In this document: one piece after another, positions 6,906 to 14,206 of the stretch
Numbering within the stretch: the first letter of the stretch is position 1
How the letters are laid out: each line of letters begins with the position of its first letter
Source: an uncultured Gemmatimonadales bacterium
GTDB taxonomy: Bacteria; Gemmatimonadota; Gemmatimonadetes; Gemmatimonadales; GWC2-71-9
Length of the DNA: 14,206 nucleotides
NCBI GenBank assembly: GCA_963844035.1
Contig: CAWJMT010000026.1
Coordinates: 1-14,206 of the forward strand
Direction of reading: 5' to 3'
Made by a program: the position numbers and the translations under genes
The notes under the pieces: model-generated
Databases searched by the model: none
Seen by the model: the letters and a program-made list of their open reading frames with translations, nothing else
Told to the model about the DNA's origin: nothing

Positions 6906-8435
6906 ATGCGAACGATTCACGCAGACGTCCTGATCATCGGCACCGGTTTCGGCGCGGCGGCGCCGGCTTTGCGGCTCGCCGCAGCGGGGGCACGGGTCGT
7001 GATGCTCGAGAAAGGGCCGCGCATCGACACGGCCACGTTCCGGCAGACTTCGGATCCGACGTACGTCCTCAAGTACCTGAAAGGAACCGCGGGGGACCAT
7101 CTGAGCCTCACGTACGCCGAGGCGCTGGGAGGCGGCTCGGGCTTCTATGAAATGGTATCGTTGCGCGCACCATCACGGGCGTTCGATCAGGTCGAGCCGG
7201 GCGGCCGGCGGTTGTGGCCCGCAGGACTCGACCGCCACGCGCTCGATCCGTACTACGAGCGCGCCGAAGCGATGTTGCACGTGGCGCAAATCGCGCCCGA
7301 GGAAGTGCCCAAGACCGGCCTCGTCTTCGCGCAACTCATGAAGAATCTGGGCTACTCCGTGGACCGCGCGCGCTATGCGGTACGCGGCTGCCAGGGGAGC
7401 AGCTTCTGCGTGACCGGCTGCATCTACGGCGCGAAGCAGTCGCTGTTCCTCAACTACCTCCCACAGGCATGCTCGGCCGGCGGCGCAATCGAAACCGACA
7501 TCGAGGCCATGGCGATCCATCCGCTGCCGGGGTTGCGGCAGGCCAGCGCCCGCGGCTTGCGACAGGTCCCATACCGTTACGAGATCATCGCGCGCCGCCG
7601 TACTGGAGCGCAGGAGCTGCGCCGCTACGTGGCGCGCATTGTGATTCTGGGAGGCGGTACGGTTGGGACCGCGAAGCTCTTGCTGCGGTCGCAGCCGTAC
7701 CTGCCGTTCCTCAGCGAGCACGTAGGACGGAACATTGCGTACAACGGCAGCGTCAAAGTGGCCGCGGTGTTGCCGGAGGGGTTCCCGGACGGCGACATGT
7801 TCACCGGCCGCACGCATCCGGGGATGGTGAGCTACGAATTCCTCGCGTCCCACGGAATTACCGTGCATGCCGTGAAGGCGCTGCCCCTGATGCTCGTGTC
7901 AGGCGCCCACCTGCGGCCTGAGGACCGCAGTCCCATTTCGGGTTGGTGGGGCGTGCCGCACGGTGAGTTGATGCGCAAGCTGAGATACCGCGTCGTCATC
8001 CTCGATGCGTTCGGACTCACCCCGCCCGGCGGCAGGCTCGAACTTGCCGATGGCGACAGGCTTGGGCTGTCGCTCCGGGTGGATTCCTCGCTCGAGCAGT
8101 ACCACAGGCGGACTAAGGACGTGCTCGAGAGCATCCTGGTGCGAAATGGCTGCCGCCTGATACAGGCGGACTTTCTCGACAAGAGCCTGCAGCCCGAGCA
8201 GGGGCTTCACTTCTCCACCGCCCACCAGGTCGGTTCCTGCCGGATGGCCGATGCCAAGAAGAACGGCGTGGTGGACGCGAACGGCGAGGTGTTCGACTAC
8301 CCGGGGCTGTACGTGTCCGACGGCGCCGCGATTCCCTCGTCGCTCGCCGTCAACACCAGCCTCACGATTCTCGCGAACGCCGAGCGGATTGCGGATGGCG
8401 TGGTGGAACGCTACGGGCTGCGCGCGGCGGCCTGA
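6906..8435 (+). CDS. GMC-family FAD-dependent oxidoreductase (509 aa)
   Basis: GAGG RBS. FAD-binding IIGTGFGAA...VVMLEKG; LGGGS; CQGSSFCVTGC..GAKQS; GGGTVGTAKLLLRS; TAHQVGSCRM; VVDANGEVFDYPGLYVSDGAAIPSSLAVNTSLTILANAERIA. No signal peptide. Confidence 0.93.
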   Translation: MRTIHADVLIIGTGFGAAAPALRLAAAGARVVMLEKGPRIDTATFRQTSDPTYVLKYLKGTAGDHLSLTYAEALGGGSGFYEMVSLRAPSRAFDQVEPGGRRLWPAGLDRHALDPYYERAEAMLHVAQIAPEEVPKTGLVFAQLMKNLGYSVDRARYAVRGCQGSSFCVTGCIYGAKQSLFLNYLPQACSAGGAIETDIEAMAIHPLPGLRQASARGLRQVPYRYEIIARRRTGAQELRRYVARIVILGGGTVGTAKLLLRSQPYLPFLSEHVGRNIAYNGSVKVAAVLPEGFPDGDMFTGRTHPGMVSYEFLASHGITVHAVKALPLMLVSGAHLRPEDRSPISGWWGVPHGELMRKLRYRVVILDAFGLTPPGGRLELADGDRLGLSLRVDSSLEQYHRRTKDVLESILVRNGCRLIQADFLDKSLQPEQGLHFSTAHQVGSCRMADAKKNGVVDANGEVFDYPGLYVSDGAAIPSSLAVNTSLTILANAERIADGVVERYGLRAAA

Positions 8436-8445
8436 CGCAACTCAC

Positions 8446-8468
8446 CTCGAGGGCTATTCCTCGGGTTT
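8446..8468 (+). terminator. Possible weak hairpin terminator between convergent genes
   Basis: CTCGAGG(8446-8452)/CCTCGGG(8459-8465) stem with one G-T pair, followed by TTT, in the 35-nt convergent gap. Confidence 0.3.
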
Positions 8469-8470
8469 CG

Positions 8471-9202
8471 CTACGGCCCACCCATCGACGCAACCGCGGC
8501 AGCCGACCCGGTGAGGATGAACCAGTCGAGGCTCACGGCCACGACCCAGTGGATCACGGCGACGTACCAGATCGATCCGATCCGGCCGGTGACCCAGCCG
8601 AATACGAGGCCGGCCGGGAGGGCCGCGAACGTTTCGTTCAGCGCCCGGCCGAAATGAGCCGTCACCGACACGGCCGTCTGGACGGCGTTGGCCGCGCTGC
8701 TGCCCACTTTCCCCCGCAATCCGAACAGCAGGACGCCCCGAAACAGCGCTTCCCAGGCGCCGAAATACAGGAACGTGAGCAGGGCGTACGGAATGAAGCG
8801 CGTGGGGGCAGTGACGAGGGACGGGTCGAGTGGATACACGGCCCGCACCGCCGGCGCGGCGGCGCCGAACTTCCCCGCGAGAATCGCCAGGGGAATGCCG
8901 ATCGCGAGCCACCGCAGGCCGAGCTGCCAGCGCCCGAAGCCCAGGCCGAGTTGCGTCCACGTGAGCCCGGTGAGGCGGCGCGCGAGCAGCATGGGAACGA
9001 CGCCCAGGACGAGTCCTGAACCGAGGTAGTGAAGCCACGGCGGCAGGGGCCGGCTCGTGAGCGCGTGCCAGCCGCGCGCCGGCGAGAACACGCCGACGGC
9101 GTCGGCGCGCATGAGGTAGTAGAACGCGACCAAAGCGATGGTTGCCACGACGGGCAACCACGCCGCGCCGCGCGCCGTCGAACGGGCGGGGATCGCGGTC
9201 AT
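8471..9202 (-). CDS. CPBP (CAAX protease-like) intramembrane protein (243 aa)
   Basis: Several hydrophobic helices; motifs WEALFRG, VTAHF, RIGSIWYVAVIHW. ATG 9202 overlaps the upstream TGA (ATGA). Confidence 0.85.
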   Translation of the reverse strand: MTAIPARSTARGAAWLPVVATIALVAFYYLMRADAVGVFSPARGWHALTSRPLPPWLHYLGSGLVLGVVPMLLARRLTGLTWTQLGLGFGRWQLGLRWLAIGIPLAILAGKFGAAAPAVRAVYPLDPSLVTAPTRFIPYALLTFLYFGAWEALFRGVLLFGLRGKVGSSAANAVQTAVSVTAHFGRALNETFAALPAGLVFGWVTGRIGSIWYVAVIHWVVAVSLDWFILTGSAAAVASMGGP

Positions 9203-10185
9203 GCCGCCGCCTTGCCGCGTTCCGCGAGCCAGGCGATCGTCTCGGCCAATCCCTGGCGCAGGGGACGCGGCCGGTACTCCAAGGCGGCGCGCGTCGGCTC
9301 GACGTCCACTCGCCGGTCCTCGAGGAAGACGCGGACCCATCCCGGCGTAATCGGCGTCGTGCCGCCCAGCTGACCCCACCACACGGCAGCGCGGGCCACC
9401 GCGAGCGCCGCCTGCCATGGCAGGGCGAACACGCGGCGCCGCACCCCCGTGAGCTCCTCCACCAGCTCGAGGAACTTCCGGAACGAGGCGTTCTCGCCAC
9501 CCAGCAGGTAGTGGCTGCCGGCGCAGCCGCGTTCCGCCGCGAGCTGGATCCCCGTCGCGACGTCGGCCGCGTGTACGTAGTTGCCGAGCACGTCGCCGTC
9601 GGCGATGCGCACTCGGAACCGGCCGCTCAGGTACAGCGCGATGATTTTCGTGAGCGCGTTGGCGTCGTGCAGGGGCCCCGGTCCGTAGACGCGCGTCGGG
9701 TGGACCAACACCGCATGTCGGCCCGTCGCTGCATACGACTCAACCAGGCGCTCCCCCGCGAGCTTCGTCTCCTCGTAGATCGTGGGCCGGCTCGCTGCGC
9801 CGCCCACCGGCGCCGGTTCGTAGGGGGGCAGCGTGAGCAGCGTGGAGACGTGGACCAGCCGCTCGACGCCCGCGTCGTACGCCGCCTCGAGCAGGGTGGC
9901 GACGGCGTGTACGTTCACGGCCGCGAACTCCAGGGGGTCGCGCGACCAGGCGCGTGCGCAGGCCGCGAGGTGCAGCACGGTGCGGGCACCCTGCACCGCG
10001 CGGGTCAGCGCGGCGGCGTCGCGAACGTCGCCCCGGTGTACCTCGACGCGGTCCAACAGGGCGGTCCCAAGCAGCTCGGGTCGGCGTGCCAGGATCCGCA
10101 CCGGCCGGCCCTGCGCCACAAGGTCCCGGACGACGTAGCTCCCGATGAACCCAGTAGCGCCGGTCACGAGGGTCAGGTCGTTCAT
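9199..10185 (-). CDS. NAD(P)-dependent epimerase/dehydratase, extended SDR, DFR/HpnA-like (328 aa)
   Basis: LVTGATGFIG Rossmann motif, HLAA, VHVST, catalytic YEETK, PTRVYGPG. ATG 10185 overlaps the upstream TGA (ATGA), with GGAGGTG RBS. Confidence 0.9.
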   Translation of the reverse strand: MNDLTLVTGATGFIGSYVVRDLVAQGRPVRILARRPELLGTALLDRVEVHRGDVRDAAALTRAVQGARTVLHLAACARAWSRDPLEFAAVNVHAVATLLEAAYDAGVERLVHVSTLLTLPPYEPAPVGGAASRPTIYEETKLAGERLVESYAATGRHAVLVHPTRVYGPGPLHDANALTKIIALYLSGRFRVRIADGDVLGNYVHAADVATGIQLAAERGCAGSHYLLGGENASFRKFLELVEELTGVRRRVFALPWQAALAVARAAVWWGQLGGTTPITPGWVRVFLEDRRVDVEPTRAALEYRPRPLRQGLAETIAWLAERGKAAA

Positions 10186-11105
10186 GCGGCACCTCCGGTG
10201 GTCGCTCGGGCGAAGAGCGGCCCGGGGTGGAAGGACGGTAAGATCGGCACGGGACGGACGACCGCGGCGGGCATGACGACGCCCTCCAGCGCCAGCGCAA
10301 GCACCACCCCCGCCACCGAATCGATCGCGAAATGGTTCTGGGTGTAGACCGTCGCCACGCAGACGCCGGCGGCCTCGATCGCGAGCAGGGTGGCGACGGC
10401 CGGCCGGCACCAGCGCCAGCCCACGTACGCAATCGTCACCGCGCCGGCGACGTGGGAGCTTGGGAACGCGGTCCCCATCGAGTCGCCGACCTCTATGGCG
10501 GCGTGCGTCAGCCGGTAGAAGAACCCGTCGGTCAGGGCCCCGGCGTAGCGGATCGTCGTGTGACTCGGCCCGTCGACCGGAAAGAGGATGTAGATGAGAT
10601 AGCAGCCGATGTACGTCACGAGCAGGCGGAAGGTCATGTCCCGCATCGCCGCCGTCCGCCCTGCGAGCCCCATCACGAGCGGGGGCAGGAAGATGAGCGG
10701 GTAGTAGGAGAAGTAGATGAAGTGCATTACCTCGCTCAACCACACGTACGGCATCCCGGGCATCCAGACGGCGTTCACATGCACGCCGAACAGGGCGAGG
10801 TCGAGTGCGGCAATCGGGGCATCGTTCGCGCCGGTGTGCAGCAGCTCGCGAACGAACCCCAGCTCCGACCAGAAGGCCACGAGCAGAAGGAGGGGATAGA
10901 TCTCCCGCAGCGCGCGGCCGGCCCGGGTCAGGCGGTCCTTCGCCCGCTCGAGCAGCCACGGCAGCCCTGTCGCGGCGAGGTGTGTGGCACAGATCCACGG
11001 CGCATAAGGAGTGCGCAGCAGGACCACGCTCCACACGGCCGCGAGGAGCAGGTTGTAGCCCGCGAGCAGGCGGTCCACGGGTAGCACGGCGCGGTCTAGA
11101 GCCAT
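10182..11105 (-). CDS. PAP2-superfamily integral membrane enzyme, Aur1/IPC-synthase-like subtype (about 307 aa)
   Basis: AFPSSH and NHFAID catalytic motifs; FIYFSYY and YILFPVDGP resemble the PAP2_3/Aur1-like group; multiple TM helices. ATG 11105 follows GGAGG and overlaps the upstream gene by 10 nt. Confidence 0.85.
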   Translation of the reverse strand: MALDRAVLPVDRLLAGYNLLLAAVWSVVLLRTPYAPWICATHLAATGLPWLLERAKDRLTRAGRALREIYPLLLLVAFWSELGFVRELLHTGANDAPIAALDLALFGVHVNAVWMPGMPYVWLSEVMHFIYFSYYPLIFLPPLVMGLAGRTAAMRDMTFRLLVTYIGCYLIYILFPVDGPSHTTIRYAGALTDGFFYRLTHAAIEVGDSMGTAFPSSHVAGAVTIAYVGWRWCRPAVATLLAIEAAGVCVATVYTQNHFAIDSVAGVVLALALEGVVMPAAVVRPVPILPSFHPGPLFARATTGGAA

Positions 11106-12076
11106 TGGGCCTCCCGGTACCACGCCGCCGTTTCGGCCATCCCCTGCTGCACGCCGTAGGCGGGACGGAACCCGAGCTCTGCGACGGCGCGGATCGGATC
11201 GCACACCCAGCGCTGCTGGGTGAGGTCGCGCACCCGTTCGCGGTTCAGGATCGCGGGTGTCCGACGCAGCGCGGCGCACGCTTCCGCCGCGAGGGCGATG
11301 ACGCGGGCGATCGGCACGGGCACGCTCACCCGCAGCGGCGCTCGGGCGAAAATGGCGCCCACGACGTCGGCGACCCGCCCCCAGCTCACGGGCTCGGGAT
11401 GGGCGAGGCAATAGGTGCGCCCCACAGCGCGCTCGCTCGTTGCGGCCGCGAGGAGGCCTTGCACCAGATCGGCGACGTAGATCAGGCTCACTTCACGGTC
11501 CCATGCGCCGATGGTGAGCGCCACGCCGCGGCGCACCAGGCGAAAGAACTTCAGCACCCCCTTCTCGCGGGGCCCGTATACGGAAGATGGGCGGATGACG
11601 ACCGTGGGCACCCGGTCGGTGTAGGCATGCACCACCGCCTCCGCGAGCAGTTTGGAGTGGCCGTAGTGGGAGATCGGGAACGGCACCGTGTCGGGCGCGA
11701 GCGCTTCCCCGTTGCGGCAGGGCCCCAGAGCGGCAATCGACGACATCACGATCACCCGCGGCGCCGAGCCGTTGTGCGTGGCGGCGGCCCGCAGCACGCA
11801 CGCCGTGCCTTCGGTGTTGACGGCGTAGTAGTCGGCGGGGTCGCGTGCCTCGGTGAGCCCGGCCAGATGGAACACGACGTCGGCGCCTTCGCAGGCGCGC
11901 GCCAGTGCGGGCGCGTCCGCGAGGCCCGAGTCGCAGTAGTGGAGCTCCAGTCCCTCGAGCCAGCGCCGCGACGCGCCCGGCCGCTCGACGCACACGACCA
12001 CGTCGCCCCGCGCCCGCAGGGCCTCGATCAAGTGGCTTCCGATGAAGCCCGCTCCGCCCGTCACGACCGCTCGCAT
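11096..12076 (-). CDS. NAD(P)-dependent epimerase/dehydratase, extended SDR, 3-beta-HSD-like (326 aa)
   Basis: GGGAGGA RBS; VVTGGAGFIG, FHLAG, MSSIAA, catalytic YGHSK, RPSSVYGP, IYVADL. Confidence 0.92.
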   Translation of the reverse strand: MRAVVTGGAGFIGSHLIEALRARGDVVVCVERPGASRRWLEGLELHYCDSGLADAPALARACEGADVVFHLAGLTEARDPADYYAVNTEGTACVLRAAATHNGSAPRVIVMSSIAALGPCRNGEALAPDTVPFPISHYGHSKLLAEAVVHAYTDRVPTVVIRPSSVYGPREKGVLKFFRLVRRGVALTIGAWDREVSLIYVADLVQGLLAAATSERAVGRTYCLAHPEPVSWGRVADVVGAIFARAPLRVSVPVPIARVIALAAEACAALRRTPAILNRERVRDLTQQRWVCDPIRAVAELGFRPAYGVQQGMAETAAWYREAQWL

Positions 12077-12122
12077 AACGTCCTCCCGTTCCGAGGTCCG
12101 TGCCCAACATCGCGCGTGGGGG

Positions 12123-13070
12123 TCAAGGGGCGATTAAGCGGCGCGGCGGCAGCGTGAGGGCCAGCCGGTCTCCTCCCGGGCGCCAGGCCAGCCAGACGAA
12201 CCGAGCCAGGTCCCGGAGGAACGCCGTGTACGTGGGGTAGACCTGAGCGCCCGCCTGCCGCAGCTCCTCCGTCAGCAAGCGATGGAGTGCCGGCAGGTTG
12301 TACCAGGGCACCGCGGGGTAGAGGTGGTGCACGAGGTGATAGTTCAGGTTGCACATGAAGAAGGAGACGAACCGGTTGCTGATCACGGTGCGCGTCGCCG
12401 TGAAGCGGTCGCCGTGGCCCGTGAGCACGTGCTCGGCGAGGGTGCGCACATTGGTGAGCTGGCGCGCGAACAGCGCCGGAAAGATCCAGAGTTGGAGCAG
12501 CGTCGCGAGCGGGACCGCGCTGAACGCCACGACCATCGCCGCGGCGATGATGGCGTATTCCACCGCAATGTCGCGGCGCTCGCCGGGCGCGGCCCGCAGG
12601 GCGGCGGTCGGGCCCACTCGATAGAAGCCGAACACCTCGCCGCCCACGAACATCAGGCAGAACAGCGCGGCAAGGGCGCGTGGGTTGTGCGTCGCGTTCT
12701 CCAGCTCGTCCGGGTCGCGGGCCCCGCGCTCGTAGCGGTGATGCGGCAGATGGCCGACGCGGTACGCCGTGACCGACAGCGCGGCCGGCAGACCGCACAC
12801 GAACGCCACCCAGCGATTGAAGCCGCGGTCGCGGAACAGGATCCGATGCACCCCCTCGTGCATCAGGATCGCGAGCCCCTGGATCGTCGCCCCGATCAGG
12901 AACCAGCAGACGAACCGCACCGGCAGCAGCGGCACGTGCAACGCGGTCCATCCCGCGCCAGCCCAGACGCCCGCGAAGGCGAGGGCCTTGAGGTTCCACC
13001 ACGGCCGCAGCGCGTGCAGCTCCCGGATGCGGGCCTTCTTGGCGGCGGGGATGTCGCGGATGGTCAGCAT
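12123..13070 (-). CDS. Membrane di-iron fatty acid desaturase/hydroxylase family protein (315 aa)
   Basis: His boxes HEGVH, HLPHH and NYHLVHH plus AEH, then YPAVPWYNLP. ATG 13070 follows GGAGG. No cytochrome b5 fusion seen. Confidence 0.9.
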   Translation of the reverse strand: MLTIRDIPAAKKARIRELHALRPWWNLKALAFAGVWAGAGWTALHVPLLPVRFVCWFLIGATIQGLAILMHEGVHRILFRDRGFNRWVAFVCGLPAALSVTAYRVGHLPHHRYERGARDPDELENATHNPRALAALFCLMFVGGEVFGFYRVGPTAALRAAPGERRDIAVEYAIIAAAMVVAFSAVPLATLLQLWIFPALFARQLTNVRTLAEHVLTGHGDRFTATRTVISNRFVSFFMCNLNYHLVHHLYPAVPWYNLPALHRLLTEELRQAGAQVYPTYTAFLRDLARFVWLAWRPGGDRLALTLPPRRLIAP

Positions 13071-13080
13071 GGCCGCCTCC

Positions 13081-13974
13081 CTAGCGGGCCGAGACCGCGG
13101 CCCGCGCCGCGAGCTCAGCCAAGAGCCGCTCGACCGCGGCGACCACAGCCGCCGGCCGCTCCTCGTACACGAAGTGTCCGGCACCGGGGACCGAGTCCAC
13201 GGCGAACATGACGAGCCGCTCCCGCAGCAGCGTGACCTCGGCTGCGCCGGGCGCGCCGGAATGCGGCGTGCCGCCGGCCATGAGGCGGACCGGACAGCGG
13301 ATCGCGCCGAGGTGCTCGCGCAGCAGCTCCGGCTCGCGCGCGTGCGCCATGCGGAGATAGGCCTTCAGGGTCGCGTCGAGGTCGGCGGCGGCGCCGGCCG
13401 TGTAGCCCGCGACCACCTCCTCGGTCACCCAGGCGGGATCCCCGGACGCCTCGACGAGGGAGTCGCGGATCTTGCGGCGGATCAGCTGCACGCCGCCGAA
13501 CAACTTGATCCACGGCGCGAACCGCATCGCGCGGCGGAGCCCCGGCGTCGCCGCCGCTTCGGCGGGCCCACCGTCGAGCGCGATGATGCCCCGAACGTGG
13601 TCGGGCCTCCGGTAGGCGAGGCGGTACGCCATCGACGCCCCGATGGAGTGCGCGACCACCACAGCGGCACCCAGGCCGAGCGTGTCCAGCGCGGTTGCGA
13701 TCCGGTCGGCCTGCGCGGTGAGCGAGTAGTCGGCGCGCTCGGGCCGGCTCGAGCCGCCGATGCCGAGCGGCTCCACGACGACTACGCGGTATCCTGCCGT
13801 CGTGAGCCGCGGGATGAGGTTGCGGAAGCCGTACGCCGACCCGAACAACCCGGGCACGAGCACTACGGGCTCTCCCGCCCCGGCGTCGGTGACGCGCAGC
13901 GTTTCCTGTGGCGCGACGAGGATGTTCCAGGTGCGCGATGAATCGGTGAACAGCAGCAGCGCGAGCAGCCACAT
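13081..13974 (-). CDS. Alpha/beta fold hydrolase (297 aa), short hydrophobic N-terminus
   Basis: VVLVPGLFG, EPLGIGGSSRP, nucleophile elbow AHSIG, catalytic His in GAGHFVYEE; GGAG RBS. Confidence 0.9.
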   Translation of the reverse strand: MWLLALLLFTDSSRTWNILVAPQETLRVTDAGAGEPVVLVPGLFGSAYGFRNLIPRLTTAGYRVVVVEPLGIGGSSRPERADYSLTAQADRIATALDTLGLGAAVVVAHSIGASMAYRLAYRRPDHVRGIIALDGGPAEAAATPGLRRAMRFAPWIKLFGGVQLIRRKIRDSLVEASGDPAWVTEEVVAGYTAGAAADLDATLKAYLRMAHAREPELLREHLGAIRCPVRLMAGGTPHSGAPGAAEVTLLRERLVMFAVDSVPGAGHFVYEERPAAVVAAVERLLAELAARAAVSAR

Positions 13975-14000
13975 GGGGGCTCCGGTGACGGGGGCGCCCC

Positions 14001-14043
14001 AACGTGGCGGTCGAGTCTTAAGGAACAGTCAAGCGGGAATGCA
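14001..14043 (-). promoter_or_regulatory. Putative SARP-dependent promoter of the six-gene operon
   Basis: Minus strand: TGCATTC(14043-14037)-ccgc-TTGACTG(14032-14026)-ttcc-TTAAGAC(14021-14015)-8 nt-CACGTT(14006-14001). 11-bp period. Confidence 0.45.
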
Positions 14044-14048
14044 CCGCG

Positions 14049-14177
14049 TCAGCGTGTGGAGGCAAACACTTCGGGACTCGCAGCTATGACAGTGTCGGTC
14101 AACGCCTGGAGGAACGCCCGCAAGTCGTTTCGCTCCACCGCCGTGAGGCGATTACGAATCCCGCTCCGTGCCCAGGG
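14049..14177 (-). other. Start-less reading frame resembling the C-terminal helix of cytochrome c / cytochrome c peroxidase-like proteins
   Basis: Translates to PWARSGIRNRLTAVERNDLRAFLQALTDTVIAASPEVFASTR*, directly after an in-frame TGA at 14180-14178. Confidence 0.3.
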
Positions 14178-14206
14178 TCAGCCAAATGTGAAAGCGAAGG
14201 CCTCAA

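Noticed and set aside
6906..8435. Assigning cholesterol oxidase (choD)
   Set aside because: GMC motifs do not fix the substrate; a phylogeny or assay is needed.
8471..9202. Abortive-infection (Abi) defence gene
   Set aside because: Abi is a historical label for the CPBP family; nothing in the context supports phage defence.
9199..10185. Assigning the symbol hpnA and calling a hopanoid cluster
   Set aside because: Only family-level resemblance; no squalene synthase or cyclase genes in the window.
9199..11034. 611-aa ORF suggesting an SDR with a long N-terminal fusion
   Set aside because: The extension overlaps the PAP2 gene out of frame and is Arg/Pro-rich. The real start is ATG 10185, with an RBS and ATGA coupling. 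The extensions to 2252, 2204, 9418, 11411 and 13184 were rejected on similar grounds.
14130..14180. Selenocysteine read-through of the TGA at 14180-14178
   Set aside because: Only a weak, imperfect hairpin follows, and there is no redox-motif context.
1..14206. CRISPR arrays, tRNA/rRNA genes, IS elements, integrases
   Set aside because: None recognised. The window is almost fully coding, and the short intergenic gaps show no repeat-spacer or cloverleaf pattern.

Overview
GC-rich bacterial window. The kinase and BTAD-regulator styles resemble Gemmatimonadota, which is an inference. Left half: a SARP-type (winged helix + BTAD) activator fused to a STAND/AAA ATPase with no C-terminal sensor lies divergent from an EEP-family lipoprotein and a membrane Ser/Thr kinase with a TPR-like C-terminus. 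Next come a frameshifted Tat-lipoprotein gene and a GMC flavoprotein with a C-x5-C-x3-C motif. Right half: a convergent, closely packed six-gene minus-strand operon encodes an alpha/beta hydrolase, a membrane desaturase, an extended SDR, a PAP2/Aur1-like membrane enzyme, a second SDR and a CPBP-family membrane protein; it looks like a lipid or envelope modification pathway. The most striking signal is non-coding. Three transcription units (EEP, Tat-GMC, lipid operon) share one upstream layout: CGC, then TTnA-led heptamer direct repeats at 11-bp period, exactly 8 nt, then an nAnnnT -10-like hexamer. This matches the known SARP promoter geometry and suggests one kinase/SARP-controlled regulon. 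No RNA genes, CRISPR arrays or mobile elements were recognised.
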